In this document: positions 24,633 through 32,000 of the stretch, in pieces
Layout of the letters: each line of letters starts with the position of its first letter
Position numbering within the stretch: position 1 is the stretch's first letter
Assembly (NCBI GenBank): GCA_037444445.1
Contig: JBBIMK010000004.1
Coordinates: forward strand, 60,001-92,000
Direction: 5' to 3'
Source: a bacterium
GTDB taxonomy: Bacteria; UBP7; UBA6624; JBBIMK01
Length of the DNA stretch: 32,000 bases
The notes under the pieces: generated by a model
Databases searched by the model: none
What the model saw: the letters and a program-made list of their open reading frames with translations, nothing else
What the model was told of the DNA's origin: nothing
Translations under genes and position numbers: made by a program

Positions 24633-25763
24633 ATGAGGGATAAGAAGGCGGACCTGGCGGGTCCCGGCATCGGTTCTTATGAGGAGTTAGAGAGAATCCT
24701 GCCGGGGGATTATTTCCCACTCCTCAACCCGAAGGAAACGCAGATTGCCATCACATCACTGAAAGGCTACATTGAGGAGAACCTGTGTAAGGAGTTGAAC
24801 CTCATCCGGGTGGAGTGCCCACTGATTGTGGATGCGGAGAGCGGGGTGAATGACCTGTTGGACCGGGATGGCACTCGCACACCCATCCAGTTCCACATCT
24901 CTAACGACCACGACCAGCACCCCATTGAGGCTCAGGTTGTTCAGGCGGCAACCAAGTGGAAGAGGCTTGCCCTGAAACAATTCGGGATGAAGCCTGGAGA
25001 AGGGCTGTATACAGATATGCGAGCGGTGCGCAAGGACTATTTTTTAGACCACGACCACAGCGCCTATGTGGACCAGTGGGACTGGGAAAAGGTAATTACA
25101 CCAGACCAGCGAAACCTTTCTTACCTGAAGGAAACCGTTCAGAAAATCTGGAAGGTGATTCGGGGGGCGGAAACTTTCATCCAGACAGAGTTCCCTCAGT
25201 TGAAGACGGACAGGTATCCGAACCTGCCCGAGGAACTAACCTTCCTGCACGCCGAGGACATCTTAGACTGGTATCCCGACCTGCCCCGAAAACAGCGGGA
25301 AACGATGGTCCTGCAGAAATATCCGGCCATCTTTATCATCGGGATTGGCTGGCCGCTGAAGGACGGATTTCCCCACGAAATGAGAGCGGCGGACTACGAC
25401 GACTGGGTAACGGAAACCGTGTCCGAAGATGGCAGACCAATGCACGGGTTAAACGGCGACATCCTCGTCTGGAACCCGGTAACCCGACGAAGACACGAAC
25501 TGACCTCAATGGGAATTCGCGTGAATGCCGAAACCCTCCAGAAACAATTAGAGATGTCCGGACAACTCCATTTTCTGAAGTATCCTTACCATCAGGGAAT
25601 CCTCAGAGGTGAACTTCCGCTGAGTATGGGTGGAGGCATCGGTCAGTCCCGCACCTATATGCTCCTGCTAAGGAAAGCCCATCTGGGGGAGTGCAGTATT
25701 ACTGTCTGGCCCAAAATCCTGAAGGATATGTGCCGGAAGAAAAATATCTTTGTGCTGGAATAA
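24633..25763 (+). CDS. asnA: Aspartate--ammonia ligase (asparagine synthetase A)
   Basis: Colinear with E. coli AsnA as I recall it: KWKR..L, GEGLYTDM.A.R.D, YVDQWDWEKV, GLNGDILVWNP, SMGIRV, GGGIGQSR. It has a ~45-aa N-terminal extension, so an internal start is possible. Confidence 0.9.
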   Translation: MRDKKADLAGPGIGSYEELERILPGDYFPLLNPKETQIAITSLKGYIEENLCKELNLIRVECPLIVDAESGVNDLLDRDGTRTPIQFHISNDHDQHPIEAQVVQAATKWKRLALKQFGMKPGEGLYTDMRAVRKDYFLDHDHSAYVDQWDWEKVITPDQRNLSYLKETVQKIWKVIRGAETFIQTEFPQLKTDRYPNLPEELTFLHAEDILDWYPDLPRKQRETMVLQKYPAIFIIGIGWPLKDGFPHEMRAADYDDWVTETVSEDGRPMHGLNGDILVWNPVTRRRHELTSMGIRVNAETLQKQLEMSGQLHFLKYPYHQGILRGELPLSMGGGIGQSRTYMLLLRKAHLGECSITVWPKILKDMCRKKNIFVLE

Positions 25764-25782
25764 TCATACGGGAGAGAGAAAG

Positions 25783-26376
25783 TTAATACTGAAGAAAGGG
25801 TAACAGGCTGTGAAGGGCGAGAGAGCGGTGGCTCACTTGATTTTTCAGTTGCAGCGACACTTCGCCGAAGGTTTTACCAAATGGAGGATAGAAGAAAATG
25901 GGGTCGTAGCCGAAGCCCTGTGTGCCTTTCGGCTCTTCAGCGATGAAGCCTTCGCAGATTCCTCGCCCTGTCTTTACTTTCCCGTCAGGAAAGCGTAAAA
26001 CCATCACGCACACATAGCGGGCAGTCCTTTTATGAAAGGGAACATCTTTGAGAAGGTGAAGGACTTTTTCATTGGCTTCTTCCGGAGTCGGAGCAAAGCG
26101 AGCGGAACGAATTCCTGGCTTGCCTTTCAATATCTCTATTTCTAAGCCGGAATCTTCAGATAAGATAAAAATATCCGGATAATGGGTAGCGTAAAATTGG
26201 GCTTTGTTCAGGGCATTAGAACGGTAGGAACGACCCGCCTCCAGAGTGTGAGGTGTGAGGAGTGAGGGGTCAGGAGTGAACAAATGGATGCCAGAAGTGG
26301 ATGTCTTCAACAGGGAGGTAAGTTCCCGGCTCTTACCGGGGTTAGTGGTGGCAATGAGCAGTTCTCGCTTACCCAT
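25783..26376 (-). CDS. rdgB: Non-canonical purine NTP pyrophosphatase (RdgB/HAM1 family)
   Basis: LLIATTNPGKSRE, SEDSGLEI, GFGYDPIFF, SHRSLAL. Confidence 0.9.
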   Translation of the reverse strand: MGKRELLIATTNPGKSRELTSLLKTSTSGIHLFTPDPSLLTPHTLEAGRSYRSNALNKAQFYATHYPDIFILSEDSGLEIEILKGKPGIRSARFAPTPEEANEKVLHLLKDVPFHKRTARYVCVMVLRFPDGKVKTGRGICEGFIAEEPKGTQGFGYDPIFFYPPFGKTFGEVSLQLKNQVSHRSLALHSLLPFLQY

Positions 26377-26417
26377 ACCTTCTGTCAGTGTTTGGGGTCA
26401 GGCACCGGATTATGACA

Positions 26418-26777
26418 CTATTTGGGCTTCCAGCCTAAAAGGATGACGCCAGCGCTGATGAGCAAAACCCCCGCCACACGAGCCAGGCTCAATGGTTCTT
26501 TCAGATAGAACCAGGAAAAAAGCAGGATGAGAACATAGCCCACACTGATGGAGGGGTAAGCCACAGAAAGGTCAACGCGAGAGAGAACGATAATCCAGAG
26601 GATTGCGCTGATGCCATATAAGAGGAAGCCAGCGATAACAGGAGGATTTAGCAGGGATTGGACAATCAGAACCAGAATAGGGGGGTGGGAAACTGCCACC
26701 TCATTGATGCCGCGTTTAAGGAGAACCTGCCCGACGACTCCGAGCAAGATACAGATATAAAGAAGAGCCTTCGCCAC
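26418..26777 (-). CDS. Small 4-TM EamA/SMR-like membrane protein (ArnE/ArnF-like)
   Basis: 119 aa with four predicted TM helices and an ILLGVVGQVLLKRG start. It lies immediately downstream of the GT9 gene on the same strand. Confidence 0.5.
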   Translation of the reverse strand: MAKALLYICILLGVVGQVLLKRGINEVAVSHPPILVLIVQSLLNPPVIAGFLLYGISAILWIIVLSRVDLSVAYPSISVGYVLILLFSWFYLKEPLSLARVAGVLLISAGVILLGWKPK

Positions 26778-26838
26778 CGGGTTATCCCCTCACTGGAATC
26801 ATTTCAAATACCCTGTTTTCCCTTTTCGTATCTAATGT

Positions 26839-27909
26839 CTACTCGTATTTTACCAGAAATTCCTCCATCTGGCGAATCACTTCATCCGCCGATAAAGAAT
26901 GCATGCATACGAAATGGCGTCGGGGCGGGCACTTTTTCAAATAGCAGGGGGAACAGAACGGGCGCGTGGAGAGGACGAGAGATTTCCCTCCCACAGGGCC
27001 CGTGAGAGCCGGGTCAGTGGGACCAAAGATGGATACTGTAGGAGCGCCCACCGCAACACCGATATGCATAGGACCGGAATCGTTTGTGAGGAATCCTCTG
27101 GCAGTGTGAAGAACGGCGGCGAGTTCCATCAACTCCATTTTCCCTGTCAGATTCACAAAGGGAACGCTCAGGGCTGACTGAACAGCCTCCGACACAGAGG
27201 TATCCTCTTCTCCTCCTACGATAACTGGCCTCCATCCCTTCTTCTCGTAGAAATAGTTTCCCACCTTTGCAAAACCCTCCGCCAGCCAGCGTTTCGTTTC
27301 CCAGGAGCCCGCAGGATTAAGAACGAGGTAATCTCCCGTATTTTGCAGGAATTTTGTTTTGACCTGTTCCTGGAACTCGGAGGGAACCGGTAATTCAAGA
27401 GATAAGAACCGGGGTGAGATGGAGGAGAAACCGGAGTGACGGAAAGAAGAATAAGGCATGGGGGAGGGAGAGGCAGCAGTGCTACTGCGGGCAAGGTGAT
27501 ATTCCAGAAGGCGAAGATGATTGATGGCTCGGTGAAGGCTGGCGTGGTAAGGGAACGAGGCGGTGAGAAAGCCTTCGCGTCCCTCGGTGGCATAGCCGAT
27601 GCGAACGGGGATGCGAGCCAGCCAGCATAAGAAAGCGCTGGCAAAGGAACGGTGAAGAAGAAATGCACACTGGAATTGCTTTTCCCGAAGGACGGAAAGG
27701 ACACGGCGGGTTTCCTGCCATCCTTTCCTCTTATCGTACGGAATCCACTCGGAAAGATGAGGATTGGTCTGAAGAATTTTCAAGGATTGGGGCACACCCA
27801 GAAAGGCTATCTCAGATTTCGGAAACACAGATTTAAAGGCTCGCAAGAAAGGTGTGGTGAGCAATGTATCACCGATGTATGCCAGTTCAACTACGAGAAC
27901 CCGCTTCAT
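26839..27909 (-). CDS. Glycosyltransferase family 9 (LPS heptosyltransferase)
   Basis: MKRVLVVELAYIGDTLLTTPFLRAFK and NDSGPMHIGVAVGAPTVSIFGPTDP are hallmark GT9 (WaaC/WaaF-type) motifs. Confidence 0.85.
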   Translation of the reverse strand: MKRVLVVELAYIGDTLLTTPFLRAFKSVFPKSEIAFLGVPQSLKILQTNPHLSEWIPYDKRKGWQETRRVLSVLREKQFQCAFLLHRSFASAFLCWLARIPVRIGYATEGREGFLTASFPYHASLHRAINHLRLLEYHLARSSTAASPSPMPYSSFRHSGFSSISPRFLSLELPVPSEFQEQVKTKFLQNTGDYLVLNPAGSWETKRWLAEGFAKVGNYFYEKKGWRPVIVGGEEDTSVSEAVQSALSVPFVNLTGKMELMELAAVLHTARGFLTNDSGPMHIGVAVGAPTVSIFGPTDPALTGPVGGKSLVLSTRPFCSPCYLKKCPPRRHFVCMHSLSADEVIRQMEEFLVKYE

Positions 27910-27978
27910 ACAATAAACCCGGAATATTCAGCACGGAAGTCAAAGCGCATTCTACGGTGAGGAAAAAAGAGCAGGACT

Positions 27979-28551
27979 TCATTCACCTTTTATAAAAGTT
28001 AAAGGGGTTACGCCGGTGAATAAAAAAAGGAGTAGAAGGAGGAGGAGGAGGACAGAGAGGAGGACCCCTTCCCACTCTTTATTTTGTAGAAATAGCCTGA
28101 AACGAAAACCTGCGTGGGTGGTGGGGGAATAGGGGAGAGAGGAGGGAAGAAAGAGGGGGGTGTGCTGGATGTAATCTTTCCAGGGCTCGGGGAAAGCAAC
28201 CGCGAGGTCTTTTTCCTCCTGTTTCATCACAGGGAAGTAGAAAGCGAGGAAAAGAAGCAGGAAGGCGGTGTAGAAAATGGGAAGGGCACCGGCAATGGTG
28301 GTGAAGCCGAGGCCCGATAGAAAGGTGCCGAAATACAATGGGTGCCGGCAAATAGCATAAGGGCCGGAGGTGCAGAGAGATTTTTTCTTTTCAATCGTGC
28401 CCGCCGCCCATACTCTTTGCGCCAGTCCGAGAATAACCAGAGGCAAGCCGAGGAAGAAAAAAAGCCAGCGGGGTTGAGAAAAAATCAGCAAAAGCAGGAA
28501 ATACAACCGAGTGAGAACCATCCGCCAGCGGTTCATAAAAGTGAACCGCAT
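27979..28551 (-). CDS. Isoprenylcysteine carboxyl methyltransferase (ICMT)/phospholipid methyltransferase-family membrane protein
   Basis: Polytopic, with L.TSGPYAICRHPLYFGTFL, the characteristic family motif. Confidence 0.7.
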   Translation of the reverse strand: MRFTFMNRWRMVLTRLYFLLLLIFSQPRWLFFFLGLPLVILGLAQRVWAAGTIEKKKSLCTSGPYAICRHPLYFGTFLSGLGFTTIAGALPIFYTAFLLLFLAFYFPVMKQEEKDLAVAFPEPWKDYIQHTPLFLPSSLPYSPTTHAGFRFRLFLQNKEWEGVLLSVLLLLLLLLFLFTGVTPLTFIKGE

Positions 28552-28556
28552 AAAAT

Positions 28557-28594
28557 TTCAGATTTTAGATTTCGGATTTTGGGCTTCGGATTTT
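28557..28594. repeat. Three phased 10-mers (TTCAGATTTT / TTCGGATTTT / TTCGGATTTT) at exact 14-bp spacing
   Basis: Copies at 28557-28566, 28571-28580 and 28585-28594. They fill almost all of the 47-nt proS-ICMT spacer. Confidence 0.8.
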
Positions 28595-28598
28595 CCAT

Positions 28599-30041
28599 TC
28601 AGTAGGCTCGGGCGAACACGACGAGGGAGGTGGCGGAAGAGCCACAGACTCCGCAAACCGCCCGTTTCTCCGGCTTTTCATCCAGGAGGATACATCGGAG
28701 GGTTGCGCCCGTGTCTGTTTTCACTTTTCCCTCACATTTTTCTTGCCCGCACCAGGGTGTTTTAACAAACCCTTCCCTCACCTTCTGCTGCAGTTCGGAG
28801 TATTCCTCTGTGAAGACGGTGTGAGAGTGCAAAAAGTTTCGTGCATTCTGATAGACCCGGTCAGAAAGCGCCCGGAGAGAGTCCTGGAGGGCAATTTTGA
28901 GTGCGTCGCCAAGAGAGGGTTGAAATTTCTCACCGGTGTCCCTGCGAACCAGGGTTACTTTTCCCGCTTTCACATCTTTCGGACCGATTTCAATCCGGAC
29001 CGGCACGCCTCTCATTTCCCACTCATTAAACTTCCAGCCGGGGGTATACTGTTCCCGGAGGTCGGCGTGGACCCTGAACTCTTCCGACAGGATGGAGCGG
29101 GCCTTTTCCACGGCTGACAGAATTTCCTCTTTCCCATGGTCAAAGAAGATGGGGACAATCACAGCCTGGTATGGCGATACATCGGGGGGAAGGATGAGGC
29201 CGGAATCGTCACCGTGGGTCATAATAATGGCGCCGATAAGACGGGTAGAGACACCCCAGGAAGTTTGCCAGGGATGCTTCAGCATTCCATCTTTATCCAG
29301 GAACTGGATGTTAAAGGCTCTGGAGAAACCCTGGCCCAGATTATGAGAAGTTCCCGCCTGGAGGGCTTTTCCATCCGACAGGATGGCTTCCAGAGTATAG
29401 GTTCTCAGAGCGCCGGCGAAGCGTTCTGCTTCCGATTTCCGCCCCACAATTACAGGAATTCGCAGGTTTTCTTCTATCAATTTTCTGTAAATGCCCAGGA
29501 TAGTCAGGGCTTCTTCTTCTGCTTCTTCTTCGGTGGTATGGACCGTATGCCCTTCCTGCCATAAAAACTCGGTGGTTCGCAAGAAGGGGCGGGTAGTTTT
29601 CTCCCATCGCACCACATTTGCCCACTGGTTGATGAGCAGGGGAAGGTCGCGATAGGACTGAATCCATTTCGCATACATCGCATACATAATGGTTTCGGAG
29701 GTGGGGCGGATAGCGAGGGGCTCTTCTAATTCTTCTTGCCCGCCCCGGGTTACCCAGGCGCATTCGGGGGCGAAACCTTTCACATGCTCCGCTTCCTTCT
29801 TCAGAAAAGATTCCGGTATAAACAGGGGGAAATAAGCATTCTGATGCCCGAGGGCTTTAATTTCCCCATCCAGGATGCGCTGGATATTTTCCCAGATAGC
29901 AAATCCATAGGGGCGGATGACCATACAGCCTTTTACCGGCGCATAGTCCGCTAACTCCGCCGAGAGCACCACATCCGTATACCACCGGGTAATATCCAAT
30001 CCTCGGGGGGTAATCTCTTTCAACTTACGCTCCTGAGCCAA
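28599..30041 (-). CDS. proS: Proline--tRNA ligase, archaeal/eukaryote-like type
   Basis: 480 aa. WYTDVVLSAELADYAPVKGCMVIRPYGFAIWE, the class II motifs, and a C-terminal Cys-containing domain (PWCGQEKCE...CGVCG). It has no bacterial-type INS editing domain. Confidence 0.93.
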   Translation of the reverse strand: MAQERKLKEITPRGLDITRWYTDVVLSAELADYAPVKGCMVIRPYGFAIWENIQRILDGEIKALGHQNAYFPLFIPESFLKKEAEHVKGFAPECAWVTRGGQEELEEPLAIRPTSETIMYAMYAKWIQSYRDLPLLINQWANVVRWEKTTRPFLRTTEFLWQEGHTVHTTEEEAEEEALTILGIYRKLIEENLRIPVIVGRKSEAERFAGALRTYTLEAILSDGKALQAGTSHNLGQGFSRAFNIQFLDKDGMLKHPWQTSWGVSTRLIGAIIMTHGDDSGLILPPDVSPYQAVIVPIFFDHGKEEILSAVEKARSILSEEFRVHADLREQYTPGWKFNEWEMRGVPVRIEIGPKDVKAGKVTLVRRDTGEKFQPSLGDALKIALQDSLRALSDRVYQNARNFLHSHTVFTEEYSELQQKVREGFVKTPWCGQEKCEGKVKTDTGATLRCILLDEKPEKRAVCGVCGSSATSLVVFARAY

Positions 30042-30048
30042 GGGCTGT

Positions 30049-31254
30049 TCAACACTTTCCGCGCAGGATAGCTTCAGCGACCCTTATGCCGAGGCGAGTG
30101 GCTTTCACATCGTGTGTTCGTGCGATATGAGCGCCCTGAGCTCTGGCAAGAACAGTAGCCGCCACCGAACCTATCAGGCGGTCTTCATTATGGTCGCCAT
30201 AAATCGTACCAATGAAGGATTTCCTGGATACACCCACCAGAATAGGTCTTCCCAGCACCTTGTAATACCGTAGATAGTGCAAGAGGGTGAGGATGTGGTA
30301 GAGGCTTTTTCCGAATCCGATACCCGGGTCAATAATGATGTTTTCCTCCCGAAGGCCTGCCTGCGTGAGGCGTTGAATCTGCCGCTCAAAAAAATCGTAG
30401 ATGTCCACCAGAACATCCGTGAACTGAATGAGGTCCATCATCGTTTTCGGGGTTCCAATGATATGATTCAGAACATAAGGGACATTCAGGGAACGGAGGG
30501 TATCAGGCATGGCTTCATCCAGGGTTGAGCCGGAGATGTCGTTGACCATATCCGCGCCGGCGCGGACGGCTGCATCTGCCACCTTCGCCTTATAAGTATC
30601 AATGGAAATGGGATGGTCGGTGTGCCTTCGGAGGCGTTCAATCACGGGAAGCACCCGTTCCATTTCCACCTCTGCTGGGACGGGCTTTGACCCCGGGCGG
30701 GTGGACTCTCCGCCGATGTCCAGGATGTCCGCCCCTTCTTCAATCAACTGCTCGGCTCGTTCCACAGCCTTTTCCACCGTAACATACCGCCCCCCATCGT
30801 AAAACGAATCCGGGGTTACATTCAGGATTCCCATATAGTACATCCCTTTAGAGAAATCCAGGCGTGTTGAGCCCACTGTTATAGGCGGTGGGGGGCTGGA
30901 ACATTTCAGTAAAGAAGCCTCCATCTCCTCCGAAATTTTAGCCAACTGAAAGGGCGCGCGCTTCAGCGATTCAATCACCTGCTGATATTGCCGGTGTGTC
31001 CCCAGCAAAAGCAGGGTATACGACTCTTCTGACTGAAGTCTCATGAGATGGCGAGGCACTAAGGCATCCCCACCCTTCACCCGCATTTCCTGCTGGATGA
31101 GCAAGGCTTGCTGTAGGGTCAGATTTCGCAGGTGCATAGCCTGAAACTGACTGCTTTGAAGGTAGTCCGAAAAACTTCCCTCCTCACAGGCGATACGGTT
31201 CAACCACTCTTCCACATCTCCCCGGGAGGGGAGTGAAAACACAGGACGCATCAT
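30049..31254 (-). CDS. folP: Dihydropteroate synthase with ~130-aa N-terminal extension
   Basis: The C-terminal ~270 aa have GILNVTPDSFYDGG, DIGGESTRPG, ISIDT, NDISG, DPGIGFGK and SRKSF. ATGA overlap with purM. Confidence 0.9.
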   Translation of the reverse strand: MMRPVFSLPSRGDVEEWLNRIACEEGSFSDYLQSSQFQAMHLRNLTLQQALLIQQEMRVKGGDALVPRHLMRLQSEESYTLLLLGTHRQYQQVIESLKRAPFQLAKISEEMEASLLKCSSPPPPITVGSTRLDFSKGMYYMGILNVTPDSFYDGGRYVTVEKAVERAEQLIEEGADILDIGGESTRPGSKPVPAEVEMERVLPVIERLRRHTDHPISIDTYKAKVADAAVRAGADMVNDISGSTLDEAMPDTLRSLNVPYVLNHIIGTPKTMMDLIQFTDVLVDIYDFFERQIQRLTQAGLREENIIIDPGIGFGKSLYHILTLLHYLRYYKVLGRPILVGVSRKSFIGTIYGDHNEDRLIGSVAATVLARAQGAHIARTHDVKATRLGIRVAEAILRGKC

Positions 31255-32000
31255 GATAAGAATTTCACCCCTTCTTCATGGGCAACCACTTCTCCTATCA
31301 GCCAGGCTTTCCCCAGGAGGGCTTCACAATGGACCCGGATCGCTTCTGCGCGGGAAGCCTCCACCAGGAGCACCATGCCCACCCCCATATTGAAGGTGTG
31401 GAGCATTTCCTCCGGTTCCACTTCACCCTCCGACTGCAAGAATTGAAAAATGGCGGGGCGGTCAAAAGCATTCAGGGAAATGTGAACTCCGAGACCCCGG
31501 GGAAGGATGCGAGAAATGTTATCCGGCATCCCACCGCCGGTAATGTGGGCAAGCCCGTGAACATCTGGATAAAAAGCCCTCAGCACTTCCAGAACTGCTG
31601 GCACATAGATTCGGGTGGGCGTGGAAAGGACATCTCCCAGAGTTTGAGTAAACTCTGGAGGACAGGAGGAAAGAGGGATTTTCTTGACCTTCAGGATGCG
31701 ACGAATCAGAGAAAATCCGTTGGAGTGAACGCCGGAGGAAGGCAGACCCACCACCCGGTCTCCCGCCTTCATGGACTTCTGCGGCTGAATCCACTGGGAA
31801 GGGTCTAACAGCCCTATGGCAAATCCCACCACATCATACAGATTTTTTGGAAAGAAGCCGGGGAGTTCTGCCGTTTCCCCGCCCACGAGAGCACAGCCGG
31901 ACTCCAGGCAGGCGTCCGAAAGCCCGTGGAGAACCTCCTGATATACCGAGGGCTGAAGGACGGAGGATGCGAAATAATCCAGAAAGAGGAAGGGGCGAGC
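31251..32000 (-). CDS. purM: Phosphoribosylformylglycinamidine cyclo-ligase (AIR synthetase), C-terminal part; 5' end beyond the window
   Basis: The frame stays open to base 32000: ...LFLDYFASS...GCALVGGETAELPGFF..., then GLPSSGVHSNGFSL and HITGGG. The track ORF start at 31886 is an internal Met. Confidence 0.92.
   Translation of the reverse strand, partial: ARPFLFLDYFASSVLQPSVYQEVLHGLSDACLESGCALVGGETAELPGFFPKNLYDVVGFAIGLLDPSQWIQPQKSMKAGDRVVGLPSSGVHSNGFSLIRRILKVKKIPLSSCPPEFTQTLGDVLSTPTRIYVPAVLEVLRAFYPDVHGLAHITGGGMPDNISRILPRGLGVHISLNAFDRPAIFQFLQSEGEVEPEEMLHTFNMGVGMVLLVEASRAEAIRVHCEALLGKAWLIGEVVAHEEGVKFLS

Noticed and set aside
28015-28065. GGA/GAG-rich simple repeat (aggagtagaaggaggaggaggaggacagagaggagga)
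   Set aside because: It is the antisense of a poly-Leu TM segment (LLLLLLLLF) within the ICMT-family CDS. This is a compositional artefact, not a regulatory repeat.

Overview
Bacterial chromosomal window with about 50% GC by eye. LPS-heptose genes suggest a diderm. The phylum cannot be determined from the sequence alone. The minus strand at 1-6.8 kb carries the conserved cluster tRNA-Tyr/Gly/Thr - tuf - rpmG - secE - nusG - rplK - rplA - rplJ - rplL - rpoB (partial), packed with 1-4 nt overlaps. Next come rsmI (+), then a minus-strand pair: a divergent DprA-like protein fused to a degenerate class-I methyltransferase-like domain, upstream of a probably secreted 7-blade repeat protein. A plus-strand block follows: terC-family, hldD, an SDR epimerase, a deoxyhypusine-synthase-like gene, a GNAT/thioredoxin-fold fusion and an S9 peptidase. 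At about 19.34-21.95 kb sits a clearly AT-rich island (bioY - DUF1284 - ClC channel) with no mobility genes. Related copies of a structured non-coding element bracket it and occur once inside it; this is the most novel-looking signal in the window. The remainder is housekeeping or envelope: phoU-like, PD40 propeller, GYD, asnA, rdgB, small EamA/ArnE-like, GT9 heptosyltransferase, ICMT-family methyltransferase, archaeal-type proS, folP with an N-terminal extension, and purM (partial). I saw no CRISPR array, rRNA, transposase, integrase or recognisable defence system. All family assignments come from reading the translated ORFs by eye; no searches were run.
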